This document shows, in pieces, positions 54,912 through 64,000 of a stretch of 64,000 bases of DNA (its first letter is position 1; every line of letters begins with the position of its first letter). The DNA lies in NCBI GenBank assembly GCA_947475165.1, contig CANJLD010000004.1, positions 9,791 to 73,790 on the forward strand, written 5' to 3'. A program made the position numbers and the translations under genes. The notes under the pieces are model-generated. The model was not told where the DNA came from. It worked only from the letters and a program-made list of their open reading frames with translations, and searched no databases. Source of the DNA: Bacteroidota bacterium. GTDB lineage: Bacteria; Bacteroidota; Bacteroidia; Chitinophagales; LD1.

Positions 54912-57305
54912 TTATCTCTTGCTTACCCCAAACTCTAAAGGAAAAGTAATCTTAACGCTCACATTTCTTCCCATATTCCAAATACCATTGCGACCGGTAG
55001 CCGGATTTACATCAAGATACTTTAACCGGCTAAGGTGACTTTGATAAGCCGTGTTCGTCATGTTTTCTATGGCAACAATCAAAGTGAAAAGTTTCAACTT
55101 GCCGCTGTCATACAAATCGAACCCGGCACTGGCGCCCAGCAACCCGTAACCGGAGGTAGGTGTTTCGGTATTATCTGCACGCAGCACATTCTTTTGCCTA
55201 AAGAAATAATCGAACCGGATGCCTGCAAACAAACCGCGTACCCATACACCGGTCTTCGGCACATCAAACCGCAGTTCGCCACGGTAATGCGCAGGCGGGG
55301 TAAAGGGAAGATACTTTGCGCTGTCTGGTTGATTCAGATTGACCGCATACACATAGCCAAAACTGTTTTCAAAATGCAGCCAGTCGGCAGGATGCGGGTG
55401 AATGTCCATGGTAATTTCGGCACCGGCAAGCAGGGCATTGTTTTGCCGGAACTGAAAAGCGGGAATCAAATCGCCATCCTCACCGGGCATCAGACTATCG
55501 CCACCGGTTACACGGCTAAGCTTTTGTACGTAGATGTAATTCAGAATGGTATTCTCAAACACATCTAAGTTCACATTCACATGCTCGCTCGAATACGAAA
55601 CACCAGCATCTGTCTGATAGCTTGATTCAGGCTTTAGCTTCGTGTTGCCGTATTCGTACCGGTAAGTTCCTTCGTGTTCACCGTTAGCGCCCAACTCGGC
55701 TGCCACCGGTGCGCGGAAACCTTTTGCCACATTAAACTTAAGCACCCAGCTTTCATCTGCCTTATACGATAAACCAATACTGCCCGAAATATTCCAGAAC
55801 ATTCTTTTAAAACCGGCAAAGCGTTCAAGGCTGTCTTCATTAAAACTTTGTGAACGGAAAAACCGTTGGTCGAACCGAAGACCGGTTTCTAAGAAAACCT
55901 TTTTGAACCTGCGCTGTGTAACACCAAAAATTCCGTAGTCGAATAAGTTATAGGCCGGAATTAAAACCTCGCTGCCCTTGTTCCTGCTTTGCTGATACAT
56001 GCCGCTGATGCCGAAGGTGGTGTTCCATTCTTTCATTTCGGGCAAATGATATTTCAAATCAACCGAGCCGGTGTGCATCACAAAATGCAAGCCTGCCATA
56101 TCGGGGTTCAATACATCGCCAAACTCTCTGCGTTCATTCATCTGCCAGCCGGCATTCAACGCCAAACTTCCGCGACCGATAAATATTTTATTCTGCACAG
56201 AAACCCGCTGATGATTAATGCGTTGATAAGGCACAGAAATAGTAAATCCCTTTAAAGCATTACCGGTAGCAGATAAAGTCAAAGTGCTGTCGCCACTTGC
56301 TTCATCATAAAGAAACTTACCGCTGCTGTCGCGCACACCTTTATTAAAACCAATCTGCTGATTAAACGAACTGAAAGAAAGATTCGAATAGCCCCACTTT
56401 TTCGTTACTCCAAATCCACCATTCATATTCCATTCGCGGAAACCGCTGTTCCATACTTTGCCATCGTACCGGTTGCTGTAAGCACCGGCAGTTTTATTAC
56501 TGCCGCGAATATTCCAGTTATATCCGTTAATATTTCCGGCATTAAATAAACTTGAACTAAGCAGGTTGTTGTTCGATTGATAATTGAACATGGCGTTCAC
56601 CGCTACCAGTCCATCTGCCAAAGGCTCGTGCGGTAGAAAATTGATGACACCGGCAATAGCATCGCTGCCATACATCAAGCTACCGGGACCGCGCAAAATT
56701 TCCACTCGCCCCACACCGGCTTCATCAATTTCAATTCCGTGTTCATCGCCCCATTGCTGGCCTTCCTGTTTAAAGCCATCATTCAAAGTAACCACCCGGT
56801 TGTAACCCAAACCGCGTATCACCGGTTTAGAAATTGCCGCACCGGTACTGATGGAAGAGATACCCGGAAGTTTTGAAATGGCATCTACAATATTGGTAGC
56901 TGTTGTAGTTTCCAGTTCTTTCTGACTAACCAGCGTAATAGCAATTGGCGATTCTTTCACCTCGGTTGCTTTGCTCACACCGGTTACAATTACATCGTTA
57001 AGTTCCGCAGCAGTAGAGGGAAGTGTAATATCAATTATCGTATCGCTGTAAAGTTTAAGTTGAATATTGAGTGAAACATAACCCACGTATTTAATATTGA
57101 GCAGGTAATTGCCTTTAGGTAAATTGTTGAATGCAAAACCACCGGTGGCATCGGCAACTGCTCCGCGCTTTAATTCTGGAATAGAAACAACAGCACTTTC
57201 TAATTTTTCGTTTGTCGTTTTGTCAGAAACAGTTCCTCTCAAATTTATTTGTGAATACGCCATTGATGCCGAAAGGCTCATCAACAGCAATAGAATATTT
57301 TTCAT
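54912..57305 (-). CDS. TonB-dependent receptor with N-terminal CarboxypepD_reg domain
   Basis: Signal MKNILLLLMSLSASMAYSQ, LRGTVSDKTTNEKLESAVVSI, and a plug (IEILRGPGSLMYGSDAIAGVINF). The start is trimmed from 57344. Confidence 0.85.
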   Translation of the reverse strand: MKNILLLLMSLSASMAYSQINLRGTVSDKTTNEKLESAVVSIPELKRGAVADATGGFAFNNLPKGNYLLNIKYVGYVSLNIQLKLYSDTIIDITLPSTAAELNDVIVTGVSKATEVKESPIAITLVSQKELETTTATNIVDAISKLPGISSISTGAAISKPVIRGLGYNRVVTLNDGFKQEGQQWGDEHGIEIDEAGVGRVEILRGPGSLMYGSDAIAGVINFLPHEPLADGLVAVNAMFNYQSNNNLLSSSLFNAGNINGYNWNIRGSNKTAGAYSNRYDGKVWNSGFREWNMNGGFGVTKKWGYSNLSFSSFNQQIGFNKGVRDSSGKFLYDEASGDSTLTLSATGNALKGFTISVPYQRINHQRVSVQNKIFIGRGSLALNAGWQMNERREFGDVLNPDMAGLHFVMHTGSVDLKYHLPEMKEWNTTFGISGMYQQSRNKGSEVLIPAYNLFDYGIFGVTQRRFKKVFLETGLRFDQRFFRSQSFNEDSLERFAGFKRMFWNISGSIGLSYKADESWVLKFNVAKGFRAPVAAELGANGEHEGTYRYEYGNTKLKPESSYQTDAGVSYSSEHVNVNLDVFENTILNYIYVQKLSRVTGGDSLMPGEDGDLIPAFQFRQNNALLAGAEITMDIHPHPADWLHFENSFGYVYAVNLNQPDSAKYLPFTPPAHYRGELRFDVPKTGVWVRGLFAGIRFDYFFRQKNVLRADNTETPTSGYGLLGASAGFDLYDSGKLKLFTLIVAIENMTNTAYQSHLSRLKYLDVNPATGRNGIWNMGRNVSVKITFPLEFGVSKR

Positions 57306-57362
57306 TGCATCGAATTTTATAAAGAAGAAAAAGTATTGCGCCAACGCGCTGAGAAGAAAACC

Positions 57363-57692
57363 CTAAACTAAAACGGGAGGGCCGCGTAGAGAGAGATTGA
57401 CGATTGAAGATTGAAGATTGCAGGATTGGTACTTGTCAAACAATCTTGCTTCATCAAAAACTAAAGGAGAATTATCCGGTGTAAAAACTTCATCGGTAAA
57501 CAGCGAAACATCGAACTTACAAACCGAGCAATGTGAATATTCATCCTGCCCGTGCAAGTGGTTATCGCAATGCTCATTTACTGCATGATGTTCTGAAAAC
57601 AGGTAGTGTGTATCGCGGACACTAACCGTAAACAGCACAATGGTTGTAAGGACAAAAGCAAAAAGAGATTTTAAAACACAGTTGCGTTTCAT
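57363..57692 (-). CDS. small membrane-anchored His/Cys-rich protein, first gene of the TonB-receptor operon
   Basis: MKRNCVLKSLFAFVLTTIVLFTV anchor followed by HYLFSEHHAVNEHCDNHLHGQDEYSHCSVCKF. The start is trimmed from 57749. Confidence 0.55.
   Translation of the reverse strand: MKRNCVLKSLFAFVLTTIVLFTVSVRDTHYLFSEHHAVNEHCDNHLHGQDEYSHCSVCKFDVSLFTDEVFTPDNSPLVFDEARLFDKYQSCNLQSSIVNLSLRGPPVLV
57395..57428. repeat. four to five tandem heptamers GATTGNN at the 3' end of the His/Cys-rich gene
   Basis: gattgac gattgaa gattgaa gattgca then ggattgg, shifted by 1 nt. These encode ..CNLQSSIVNLS.. on the minus strand. Confidence 0.55.
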
Positions 57693-57734
57693 TGCATGGC
57701 GAAGATATAAACTGAAATGAGTTTCCGCTTTACT

Positions 57735-57748
57735 TGAAATTAAATTCA
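57735..57748. promoter_or_regulatory. 14-bp near-palindrome TGAAATTAAATTCA in a divergent intergenic region (candidate operator)
   Basis: The half-sites match at 6 of 7 positions. It lies between the His/Cys-rich gene (start 57692) and sixA (start 57775). Confidence 0.25.
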
Positions 57749-57774
57749 TGTTAATTCGTAGCTATATTCATTCT

Positions 57775-58269
57775 ATGAAACGCGAACTCATTTTAATCCG
57801 TCACACCAAATCAAGCTGGGCAGACCTAAACATGCACGACTTTGACCGTCCACTAAAAAAAGACAGAACAAACGATGCCCGCAACATGGCAGCTAAACTC
57901 AAAGACTTAAAACTTCAACCGGACCTTGTTATTTGCAGCCCTGCCCTGCGCACCAAACAAACTGCTGAATACTTTACCACCAAGCTTGAATACGATTACG
58001 ATAAAATACTTTTTGAAGAAAGATTCTATGAATCATCTGCCGATGATTATATGCAGGTAATTCGCGAAACCGATAAGCAAGTAGAAACACTCGTGCTTGT
58101 CGGACACAACCCTTCCATCACTAATTTTGTAAACCAGTTTTTAGAAGATAAGATTTTTGAATTGCCTACAACCGGTGTGGTATGGCTAACCTTCGAAAGT
58201 GAAGACTGGGAAATTTATAAAACAACGCCTTGCAAACTCCGCTATTTTCTTACGCCTAAAACAATTTAA
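57775..58269 (+). CDS. sixA: histidine phosphatase family protein (SixA-like phosphohistidine phosphatase)
   Basis: MKRELILIRHTKSSW (RH motif) and VGHNPSITNF. Located upstream of ppk1-ppx. Confidence 0.7.
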   Translation: MKRELILIRHTKSSWADLNMHDFDRPLKKDRTNDARNMAAKLKDLKLQPDLVICSPALRTKQTAEYFTTKLEYDYDKILFEERFYESSADDYMQVIRETDKQVETLVLVGHNPSITNFVNQFLEDKIFELPTTGVVWLTFESEDWEIYKTTPCKLRYFLTPKTI

Positions 58270-58508
58270 GTTTCAATACCCCGTTCAATAATTGTGTTGA
58301 AAGCCGGCAAAACCTTTCTGCTTACTCTCTTGTCACTATTCATATTGGCTACCCAATCATGCACCGTAAAGAAGGACTGTCGCGGGCGCACCAAACACCG
58401 GTTGGCAAACGGTATTTGGATGTGAATTTTGCGTTAAATATGGCTGATTCATATTCTAATCATTTTTCAGTGCCGGTTAATCTTCTATTTTAGTCGCACT
58501 CGACTATT

Positions 58509-60545
58509 ATGGCAAAGAAGAATAAATTGATAAATCGTGAGATAAGCTGGCTAAGTTTTAACGAGCGCGTATTACAGGAAGCTACCGATAATTCGGTGCC
58601 GGTGCTGGAGCGGTTGCGCTTTCTCGGCATTTTTAGTAACAATCAGGATGAATTCTTTCGTGTGCGCGTGGCTACTGTAAAACGCATTTCGCAGCTCGGC
58701 AAAAAAGTGCGCGATGTTTACAGCAAACCAAAAAAGGTTTTGCAGGAGGTACACGATGAAGTAGTTCGTCAAGGAAAAAGTTTTGATGAAATTTACAAAG
58801 CCATTCAACAGGAGCTAAGACGCAATAACGTCTTTATCATCAACGAAACGCAGTTGACTAAAGCGCAAAGCGAGTTCGTGAAAAAATATTTCGATGAACA
58901 TGTGCGTCCGGCATTGGTGCCAATTATGCTCAATCAGGTAAAACAGTTTCCTTACCTCAAAGACAAAGTAATTTACCTCGCCATAAAACTCACCAACGGA
59001 AATACAAAACAATATTCGCTGGTAGAAGTGCCGTCCGATTCTACCGACCGGTTCGTCATTGTTCCCTCGCACAATCAAAATCAATACATCATTTTACTCG
59101 ATGATATTATCCGTCACAACCTGCCGGAAGTGTTTTCTACTTTTCAATTCAAGGCGATTGAAGCCTTCACCATCAAAGTAACGCGCGATGCGGAGTTGGA
59201 TATTGACAATGATATTTCACAAAGTTTTATTGATAAAATTTCGAAAGGCGTAAAGGCCAGAAGCAAAGGCAATCCGGTTCGTTTCGTATACGACAATCGT
59301 CTTTCGCGCGATTTGCTCGCCTTCATAAAATCGAAAATGAAGTTACAGGATTTGAATAACCTGATTCCCGGTGGGCGTTATCACAACTTTAAAGACTTCA
59401 TGAATTTTCCGAGAGTGGGCGATAAAAATTTGCTCTACGAAAAACAAAAACCATTAGCGCATCCGCTCTTGCCTTTCAACAAAAGTTATTTTGAAGTGCT
59501 GAAGAAACAGGATGTGATGCTGCACTATCCTTATCAGAATTTCGCCCACTTTATTGAGTGGCTTCGCGAAGCTGCCATCGACCCGAATGTGAAGAGCATC
59601 AAGATTACTCTGTATCGTGTAGCGCGAAATTCAAGAGTAATTAATGCGCTGATTAATGCTGCGAAAAATGGTAAGCATGTAGTGGCAGTTGTAGAAGTGC
59701 AGGCGCGCTTTGATGAAGAAGCAAACATCCGATGGGCAAAACAATTGCAGGATGAAGGTATTCAGGTAATTTATGGTGTGCCCGGTTTAAAAGTGCATTC
59801 AAAATTGTGTTTGATTTCAAGAAATGAAAACGGAAAGCACGCGCTTTACGTCAATATTACCACCGGTAACTACAACGAATCCACTTCGCAGGTTTATTCA
59901 GACGATGCGCTCTTTACAGCCGACACAAAAATCACCAACGAGGTTGAACACGTGTTTGAGTTCTTCGAGCGTAATTATAAAGTGCATTCATTCAAACATT
60001 TAATTCTTTCTCCTCTTTCTACGCGCAAAAAATTTCTGCGTTTTATTGAGAACGAAATTGATAATGTGCAGAAAGGAAAGCGAGCAGGCATCTTTTTAAA
60101 GATGAACAGTTTGGTAGATGAAGAAATGATTGAAACACTTTATAAAGCTTCGAAGGCTGGAGTTAAAATCAGAATAATTGTTCGCGGCATTTGCGCCATC
60201 GTTGCAGGTGTAGAAGGGTTGAGTGAAAACATTGAAGTCATCAGCATCATTGATAAATATCTGGAACATTCGCGCATTTTCATTTTCGAAAACGAAGGCG
60301 AACCGCTTTACTATTTCTCATCTGCCGACTGGATGACACGAAATCTCGATTCGCGCATCGAAGTAAGCTGTCCGGTTTATGACAAAAAAATTCAGAAGGA
60401 AATCCGCGACATTATGGAGATACAATGGAAGGATAATGTAAAAGCCAGAGTAATTGACCCTTTGCTTAAAAACGAACATCGCGTTTCTTTAACCAAGCGT
60501 GCAGTAAGGTCTCAGGAAGCAATTTATAATTACCTTAAAAAGTAA
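58509..60545 (+). CDS. ppk1: polyphosphate kinase 1
   Basis: 678 aa with N-terminal NREISWLSFNERVLQEA, RFLGIFSNNQDEFFRVR, the autophosphorylation region KVHSKLCLI, and two PLD-like HKD-type C-terminal domains. Confidence 0.9.
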   Translation: MAKKNKLINREISWLSFNERVLQEATDNSVPVLERLRFLGIFSNNQDEFFRVRVATVKRISQLGKKVRDVYSKPKKVLQEVHDEVVRQGKSFDEIYKAIQQELRRNNVFIINETQLTKAQSEFVKKYFDEHVRPALVPIMLNQVKQFPYLKDKVIYLAIKLTNGNTKQYSLVEVPSDSTDRFVIVPSHNQNQYIILLDDIIRHNLPEVFSTFQFKAIEAFTIKVTRDAELDIDNDISQSFIDKISKGVKARSKGNPVRFVYDNRLSRDLLAFIKSKMKLQDLNNLIPGGRYHNFKDFMNFPRVGDKNLLYEKQKPLAHPLLPFNKSYFEVLKKQDVMLHYPYQNFAHFIEWLREAAIDPNVKSIKITLYRVARNSRVINALINAAKNGKHVVAVVEVQARFDEEANIRWAKQLQDEGIQVIYGVPGLKVHSKLCLISRNENGKHALYVNITTGNYNESTSQVYSDDALFTADTKITNEVEHVFEFFERNYKVHSFKHLILSPLSTRKKFLRFIENEIDNVQKGKRAGIFLKMNSLVDEEMIETLYKASKAGVKIRIIVRGICAIVAGVEGLSENIEVISIIDKYLEHSRIFIFENEGEPLYYFSSADWMTRNLDSRIEVSCPVYDKKIQKEIRDIMEIQWKDNVKARVIDPLLKNEHRVSLTKRAVRSQEAIYNYLKK

Positions 60546-60642
60546 ATTCTTCAACCCGATTTATCTCTTGCACATTTCATGGTTGAAAACTCCCCTTTCA
60601 ATCACCCTTCACTGAAGCTACTTTCGGATAAAATTATTCGCC

Positions 60643-61548
60643 TTGGAAATACGGAGGTTTGCCGCAATTGATATCGGTTCCAACTCAGTTCGTTTACTGA
60701 TAGAAAATGTTTTGCAAAATGGCGAAGGGCCAATCTTCAAAAAAAGTGCTCTCATCCGTGTGCCGGTTCGCTTAGGCGGAAACGCATTCAGTCTGCATAG
60801 CATTCCTGAAATTACAGTTCGGCAATTGGTAGATACCATGATTGGATTTAAACACATCATGCGCGCCAATAACGTATTGCATTATAAAGGTTGTGCTACA
60901 TCAGCCATGCGCGAGGCAAGCAACGGAGCGCAAATTATTAAGCGCATAAAAAAGGAAGCAGGTATAGATATTGAGCTTATAAGCGGCAATACCGAAGCGC
61001 ATATCATCTTCAATAGCCAAAGAGCAGTGCGTGAAAAAATGGCGAAGAACTGCGTGTTTGTAGATGTAGGCGGTGGCAGTACTGAAATAACTGTTTTCAA
61101 AAACGGGAAAGTAGATTCAGCCAAATCATTTAAAATAGGAACCATCCGGCTACTGCAAAAGACCGTTTCAAAAGCCGAGTGGAAAAAAATGAAAGACTGG
61201 CTGCATACAAAAACACTTCGCATGCGCGAAGTAAGCATGATTGGTTCGGGTGGCAACATCAACCGCATCTCAAAAATGGCTCAGCTGAAAACCGAAAAGC
61301 CGCTGACCTACGATAAGCTGAATGACATTGTCGAAGAACTCAAACAATACAGCTTTGATGACCGCATCAAAAAATTTGATTTAAACCCCGACCGTGCCGA
61401 TGTAATTGTTCCGGCAGGGGAAATTTTTGTCACACTAATGCAATGGCTTAAAGCTGAAAAAATATTTATTCCCAAAGTAGGTTTAGGCGATGGAATTGTA
61501 CGAGAGGTTTATAAAGAATATCTGAACGGAAAGAAGAGTTCGTTCTAA
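60643..61548 (+). CDS. ppx: exopolyphosphatase (Ppx/GppA family, short form), TTG start
   Basis: 301 aa with FAAIDIGSNSVRLL and VDVGGGSTE (ASKHA phosphate-binding motifs). Confidence 0.8.
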   Translation: MEIRRFAAIDIGSNSVRLLIENVLQNGEGPIFKKSALIRVPVRLGGNAFSLHSIPEITVRQLVDTMIGFKHIMRANNVLHYKGCATSAMREASNGAQIIKRIKKEAGIDIELISGNTEAHIIFNSQRAVREKMAKNCVFVDVGGGSTEITVFKNGKVDSAKSFKIGTIRLLQKTVSKAEWKKMKDWLHTKTLRMREVSMIGSGGNINRISKMAQLKTEKPLTYDKLNDIVEELKQYSFDDRIKKFDLNPDRADVIVPAGEIFVTLMQWLKAEKIFIPKVGLGDGIVREVYKEYLNGKKSSF

Positions 61549-61685
61549 TCGAATAGAGCTTTCCCTGCAAATACTGCAACACCTACCCAAAGCAATCCTT
61601 TTATAAGGAAGAAAAGAAAGCCTAAAACTCCAATTCTTTTCAGCCAAAACTTCGCTTTCGTTTCTCTGTTTTCAGTTTCATTCAT
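61545..61685 (-). CDS. small single-pass membrane protein (46 aa), paralogue of 5330..5476; absent from the ORF track
   Basis: Manual translation gives MNETENRETKAKFWLKRIGVLGFLFFLIKGLLWVGVAVFAGKALFD*. Its stop overlaps the ppx stop. It lies 14 nt downstream of the CDGSH gene on the same strand. Confidence 0.55.
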   Translation of the reverse strand: MNETENRETKAKFWLKRIGVLGFLFFLIKGLLWVGVAVFAGKALFD

Positions 61686-61699
61686 ACTATTATCCATTA

Positions 61700-61909
61700 T
61701 TACAATATTGATGCTAAAGCTTTATGCGCACCATCGCAAATAGGCATTTTCTGACTCATGCCACAACGGCAAATAGAAAGCTTTTCGCGTTTTTCTAAAA
61801 CAGTTCCATCTTCCATTATTACTTCAAAGTTACCGGTAATGGTCACCGGTCCGCGTGGCTTTAGTTGTATGGTGGCGTAATCCTTCTTTTCAATTTCAAG
61901 TTCTTCCAT
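61700..61909 (-). CDS. CDGSH-type iron-sulfur domain protein
   Basis: 69 aa. CRCGMSQKMPICDGAH matches the signature C-x-C-x2-S-x3-P-x-C-D-G-[SA]-H. Confidence 0.8.
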   Translation of the reverse strand: MEELEIEKKDYATIQLKPRGPVTITGNFEVIMEDGTVLEKREKLSICRCGMSQKMPICDGAHKALASIL

Positions 61910-61923
61910 AAATCAAAAATAAA

Positions 61924-61947
61924 AAACCCTCTCGCTTGAGAGGGTTT
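61924..61947 (-). terminator. rho-independent terminator of the SprB-repeat adhesin gene
   Basis: aaaccctctc-gctt-gagagggttt. The minus strand continues ttttttatttttg. Confidence 0.7.
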
Positions 61948-61953
61948 GTATTT

Positions 61954-64000
61954 TTAGTGAAGCAAAGTTACTGTTCCTTTATATCGTGCATCGCTATGGT
62001 TATTCAGCCAAACAAACTTGGCTACATAGCTGTAAACACCCGGAGGAGCATCTTTACCTTTATATGTCCCATCCCATTTAAAATTGATGTCATTGCTTTC
62101 AAAAACCTTTTCACCAATGCGGTTAAACACCATCACTTCAAGTTGCTTAATACCCGGTATGTTGCCGAATATTTGCCAGTAATCATTTACGCCATCACCA
62201 TTAAGGGGAGTAAAAGCATTCGGAATAAAAACATCGTAGTTCGGAATAACCGTTACCACAAATTGCGCAACTCCGGTGCAACCGGCAGATGTAGTTAACA
62301 CCACCGTATACGGCTGCGAATAAACTCCGTCAAATATTGGGGTAGCGCAATCATAACAACTCAAACCAAAATTCGGACTCCAGTTGTAGGTAACTGAACC
62401 GGTTGTGTTGGTAGTGGTGTTCAATTGCAAAGTATTTCCAAGTTTCACCTCTACCGGTGTAGGCGTAACAAATAAGGTTACTGAATCTGGTTCTGTAACA
62501 ACCGCGCTGTCAGACAGTGTGCATCCTCCAGCATCTGTAATAGTGAACGAATAGGAGTTTGCACTTAATCCTGTGAAGTTTCCTGTCGAATTAGCATCAC
62601 CATTCGAAAGCGTGAAATTGTAAGTCGGATTTCCACCCGATGGAGTAATCACAATACTCCCATCCGAATAATGATAACACGTAGCCGGTGTTACATCTAT
62701 AATAGTTGAAAGCGCTGCCGGTTCCGTTATAATTGCGGTAGCTGTAGAGGTGCAGGCATTTTGGTCAGTTACAACTACACCATAAGTTCCTGCAATCAGA
62801 TTACTAAATTGACCGGTAGCGGAGGTAAACACATTAGTCCCATCTGATGCTGTATAACTATAGTTAGGGACACCGCCTCCGGCAGTAGAAGTGATAATGC
62901 CGGTAGCAGTTCCAAAACAAAGTGCCGCTGTTGGTGTGGCTGTAAGAGTAAGCAATGGCGGTTCTGTAACCGTTGCAGTTTGCACAGCCGTGCAGGCATT
63001 GGTGTCTGAAACTGTAATACTGTATAAGCCGGCAGCAATATTTGTTGCAGTGTTTGTATTACTTATATTCGGATTCCAGGTATAAGTATAACCCGGTGTT
63101 CCTCCGTTTGCTGTTACATCTATTGAACCGGTGGCGTTACCGTTGCACAAAACATTTACGTGCGTTTCGGATGTTGTAACCTGAGTTGGTTGAGTAATGA
63201 TAAAATTATTGGATGTGGTGCAACTATTGTTATCGGTAACAGTTAAACCGTAATTACCGGCAGCCAACCCGGTAGCAGAAAAAGTAGTACTTACATTCGG
63301 ACCCCACGCAAAACCGTACGGAGCGGTTCCACCATTAGTAATTACTGAAGCACTCCCATTATTACTTTGAAAACAGGTTAAATCAACTTGTGATGGCGTA
63401 ATAGAAAGCGGCTGCGATGGTTCAGTAAGTGTAACATTCGGATTCACACTACAGCCGTTGGCATCGGCAACAGTAATAGCATAATTACCGGGCCCTAAAT
63501 TAGATGCGGAATTGGTATTAGTAATATTCGGGTTCCATGTATAACCATAAGGTGATGTACCACCTGAGGTTCCAATAGTAATAGAGCCATCATTGGCTCC
63601 AAAGCATGAAATATTATTCGACTGAATATTAATAGTAAGCGGCACTGCCGGTTGAGTAAGTGTAACTGTAATTGTTGCCGTACAACTTGACTGGTCGGTT
63701 ACTGTTGTAGTATATGCTCCTGCAGTAAGTAAACCCGCAAAATTAGTGGTACTCACATTCGGGTTCCATGCGTAAGTATAATTTGGACCAGAACCTCCGG
63801 TTACAGTTAATGTTATATCTCCATCTGCATCTCCAAAGCAATCCAAGTTGGTATGTGATTCTGTTACAGTCATACCTGCAGGCTCTGTAATAATCAGTGA
63901 AGCAGTTTGCTGACAAGTACTGGCATCAGTTGCAGTAACAGTATAATTACCTGCTGGTTTTACCACAGTTTGTCCACTGGTTCCACCAAGCCCACTCCAT
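61954..64000 (-). CDS. SprB-repeat surface protein with T9SS type B (CHU_C) sorting domain, N-terminal part lies beyond the window edge
   Basis: At least 7 repeats of C.G..[ND]G.I......GG..PY.Y.WNPN. C-terminus: FIPNAFTPLNGDGVNDYWQIFG...VFNRIGEKVFES..WDGTYKG...GTVTLLH. The frame stays open upstream of the track start (63966) through position 64000. Confidence 0.85.
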   Translation of the reverse strand, partial: WSGLGGTSGQTVVKPAGNYTVTATDASTCQQTASLIITEPAGMTVTESHTNLDCFGDADGDITLTVTGGSGPNYTYAWNPNVSTTNFAGLLTAGAYTTTVTDQSSCTATITVTLTQPAVPLTINIQSNNISCFGANDGSITIGTSGGTSPYGYTWNPNITNTNSASNLGPGNYAITVADANGCSVNPNVTLTEPSQPLSITPSQVDLTCFQSNNGSASVITNGGTAPYGFAWGPNVSTTFSATGLAAGNYGLTVTDNNSCTTSNNFIITQPTQVTTSETHVNVLCNGNATGSIDVTANGGTPGYTYTWNPNISNTNTATNIAAGLYSITVSDTNACTAVQTATVTEPPLLTLTATPTAALCFGTATGIITSTAGGGVPNYSYTASDGTNVFTSATGQFSNLIAGTYGVVVTDQNACTSTATAIITEPAALSTIIDVTPATCYHYSDGSIVITPSGGNPTYNFTLSNGDANSTGNFTGLSANSYSFTITDAGGCTLSDSAVVTEPDSVTLFVTPTPVEVKLGNTLQLNTTTNTTGSVTYNWSPNFGLSCYDCATPIFDGVYSQPYTVVLTTSAGCTGVAQFVVTVIPNYDVFIPNAFTPLNGDGVNDYWQIFGNIPGIKQLEVMVFNRIGEKVFESNDINFKWDGTYKGKDAPPGVYSYVAKFVWLNNHSDARYKGTVTLLH

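Noticed and set aside
55035-55568. 177-aa plus-strand ORF
   Set aside because: It is antisense to the C-terminal barrel of the TonB-dependent receptor.
1-64000. Searched for mobile elements, prophage, restriction-modification, toxin-antitoxin or known defence genes
   Set aside because: No integrase, transposase, recombinase, nuclease/helicase-type defence domains or terminal inverted repeats were recognisable. The accessory content is surface-protein and uptake genes.

Overview
The window looks like a chromosomal segment of a Bacteroidota genome. This is inferred from T9SS type A and type B C-terminal sorting domains, SprB repeats, CarboxypepD_reg-type TonB-dependent receptors, TAnnTTTG -7 boxes and the nusB-DUF1573-yajC-coaE synteny. 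I can support about 50 protein-coding genes. I found no rRNA, tRNA, CRISPR array, cas gene, transposase, integrase or recognisable defence gene. Housekeeping blocks are parE-parC (1-3761, minus), yidC-ldh-nusB-DUF1573-yajC-coaE (22454-28276, plus), purK-purE, an acyl-CoA dehydrogenase, and sixA-ppk1-ppx (57775-61548). Accessory blocks are: (i) an imelysin/DUF4856/HTTM/TonB-receptor operon (11516 down to 5330) that ends in two tiny ORFs missing or mis-started in the ORF track, facing a second TonB receptor across a palindrome-rich promoter region; (ii) secreted T9SS cargo, namely a PNGase F-like protein, two SprB-repeat adhesins and two tandem W/Y-repeat paralogues; (iii) a tightly coupled seven-gene minus-strand operon (42334 down to 34665) that I read as a candidate polyprenol-linked glycan modification pathway: metallophosphoesterase, split transketolase, an SDR-GT2 fusion, two SAM methyltransferases and a GT-C glycosyltransferase with C-terminal TPRs; (iv) a lipoprotein-rich region (44.8-54.7 kb) containing the most unusual non-coding structure. 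That structure is nine perfectly phased 42-bp tandem units (52340-52717), each with an internal 8-bp inverted repeat, bracketed by a 30-bp imperfect direct repeat. All function calls rest on motif recognition by eye. No database search was run, so family names are hypotheses to confirm with HMM or BLAST.
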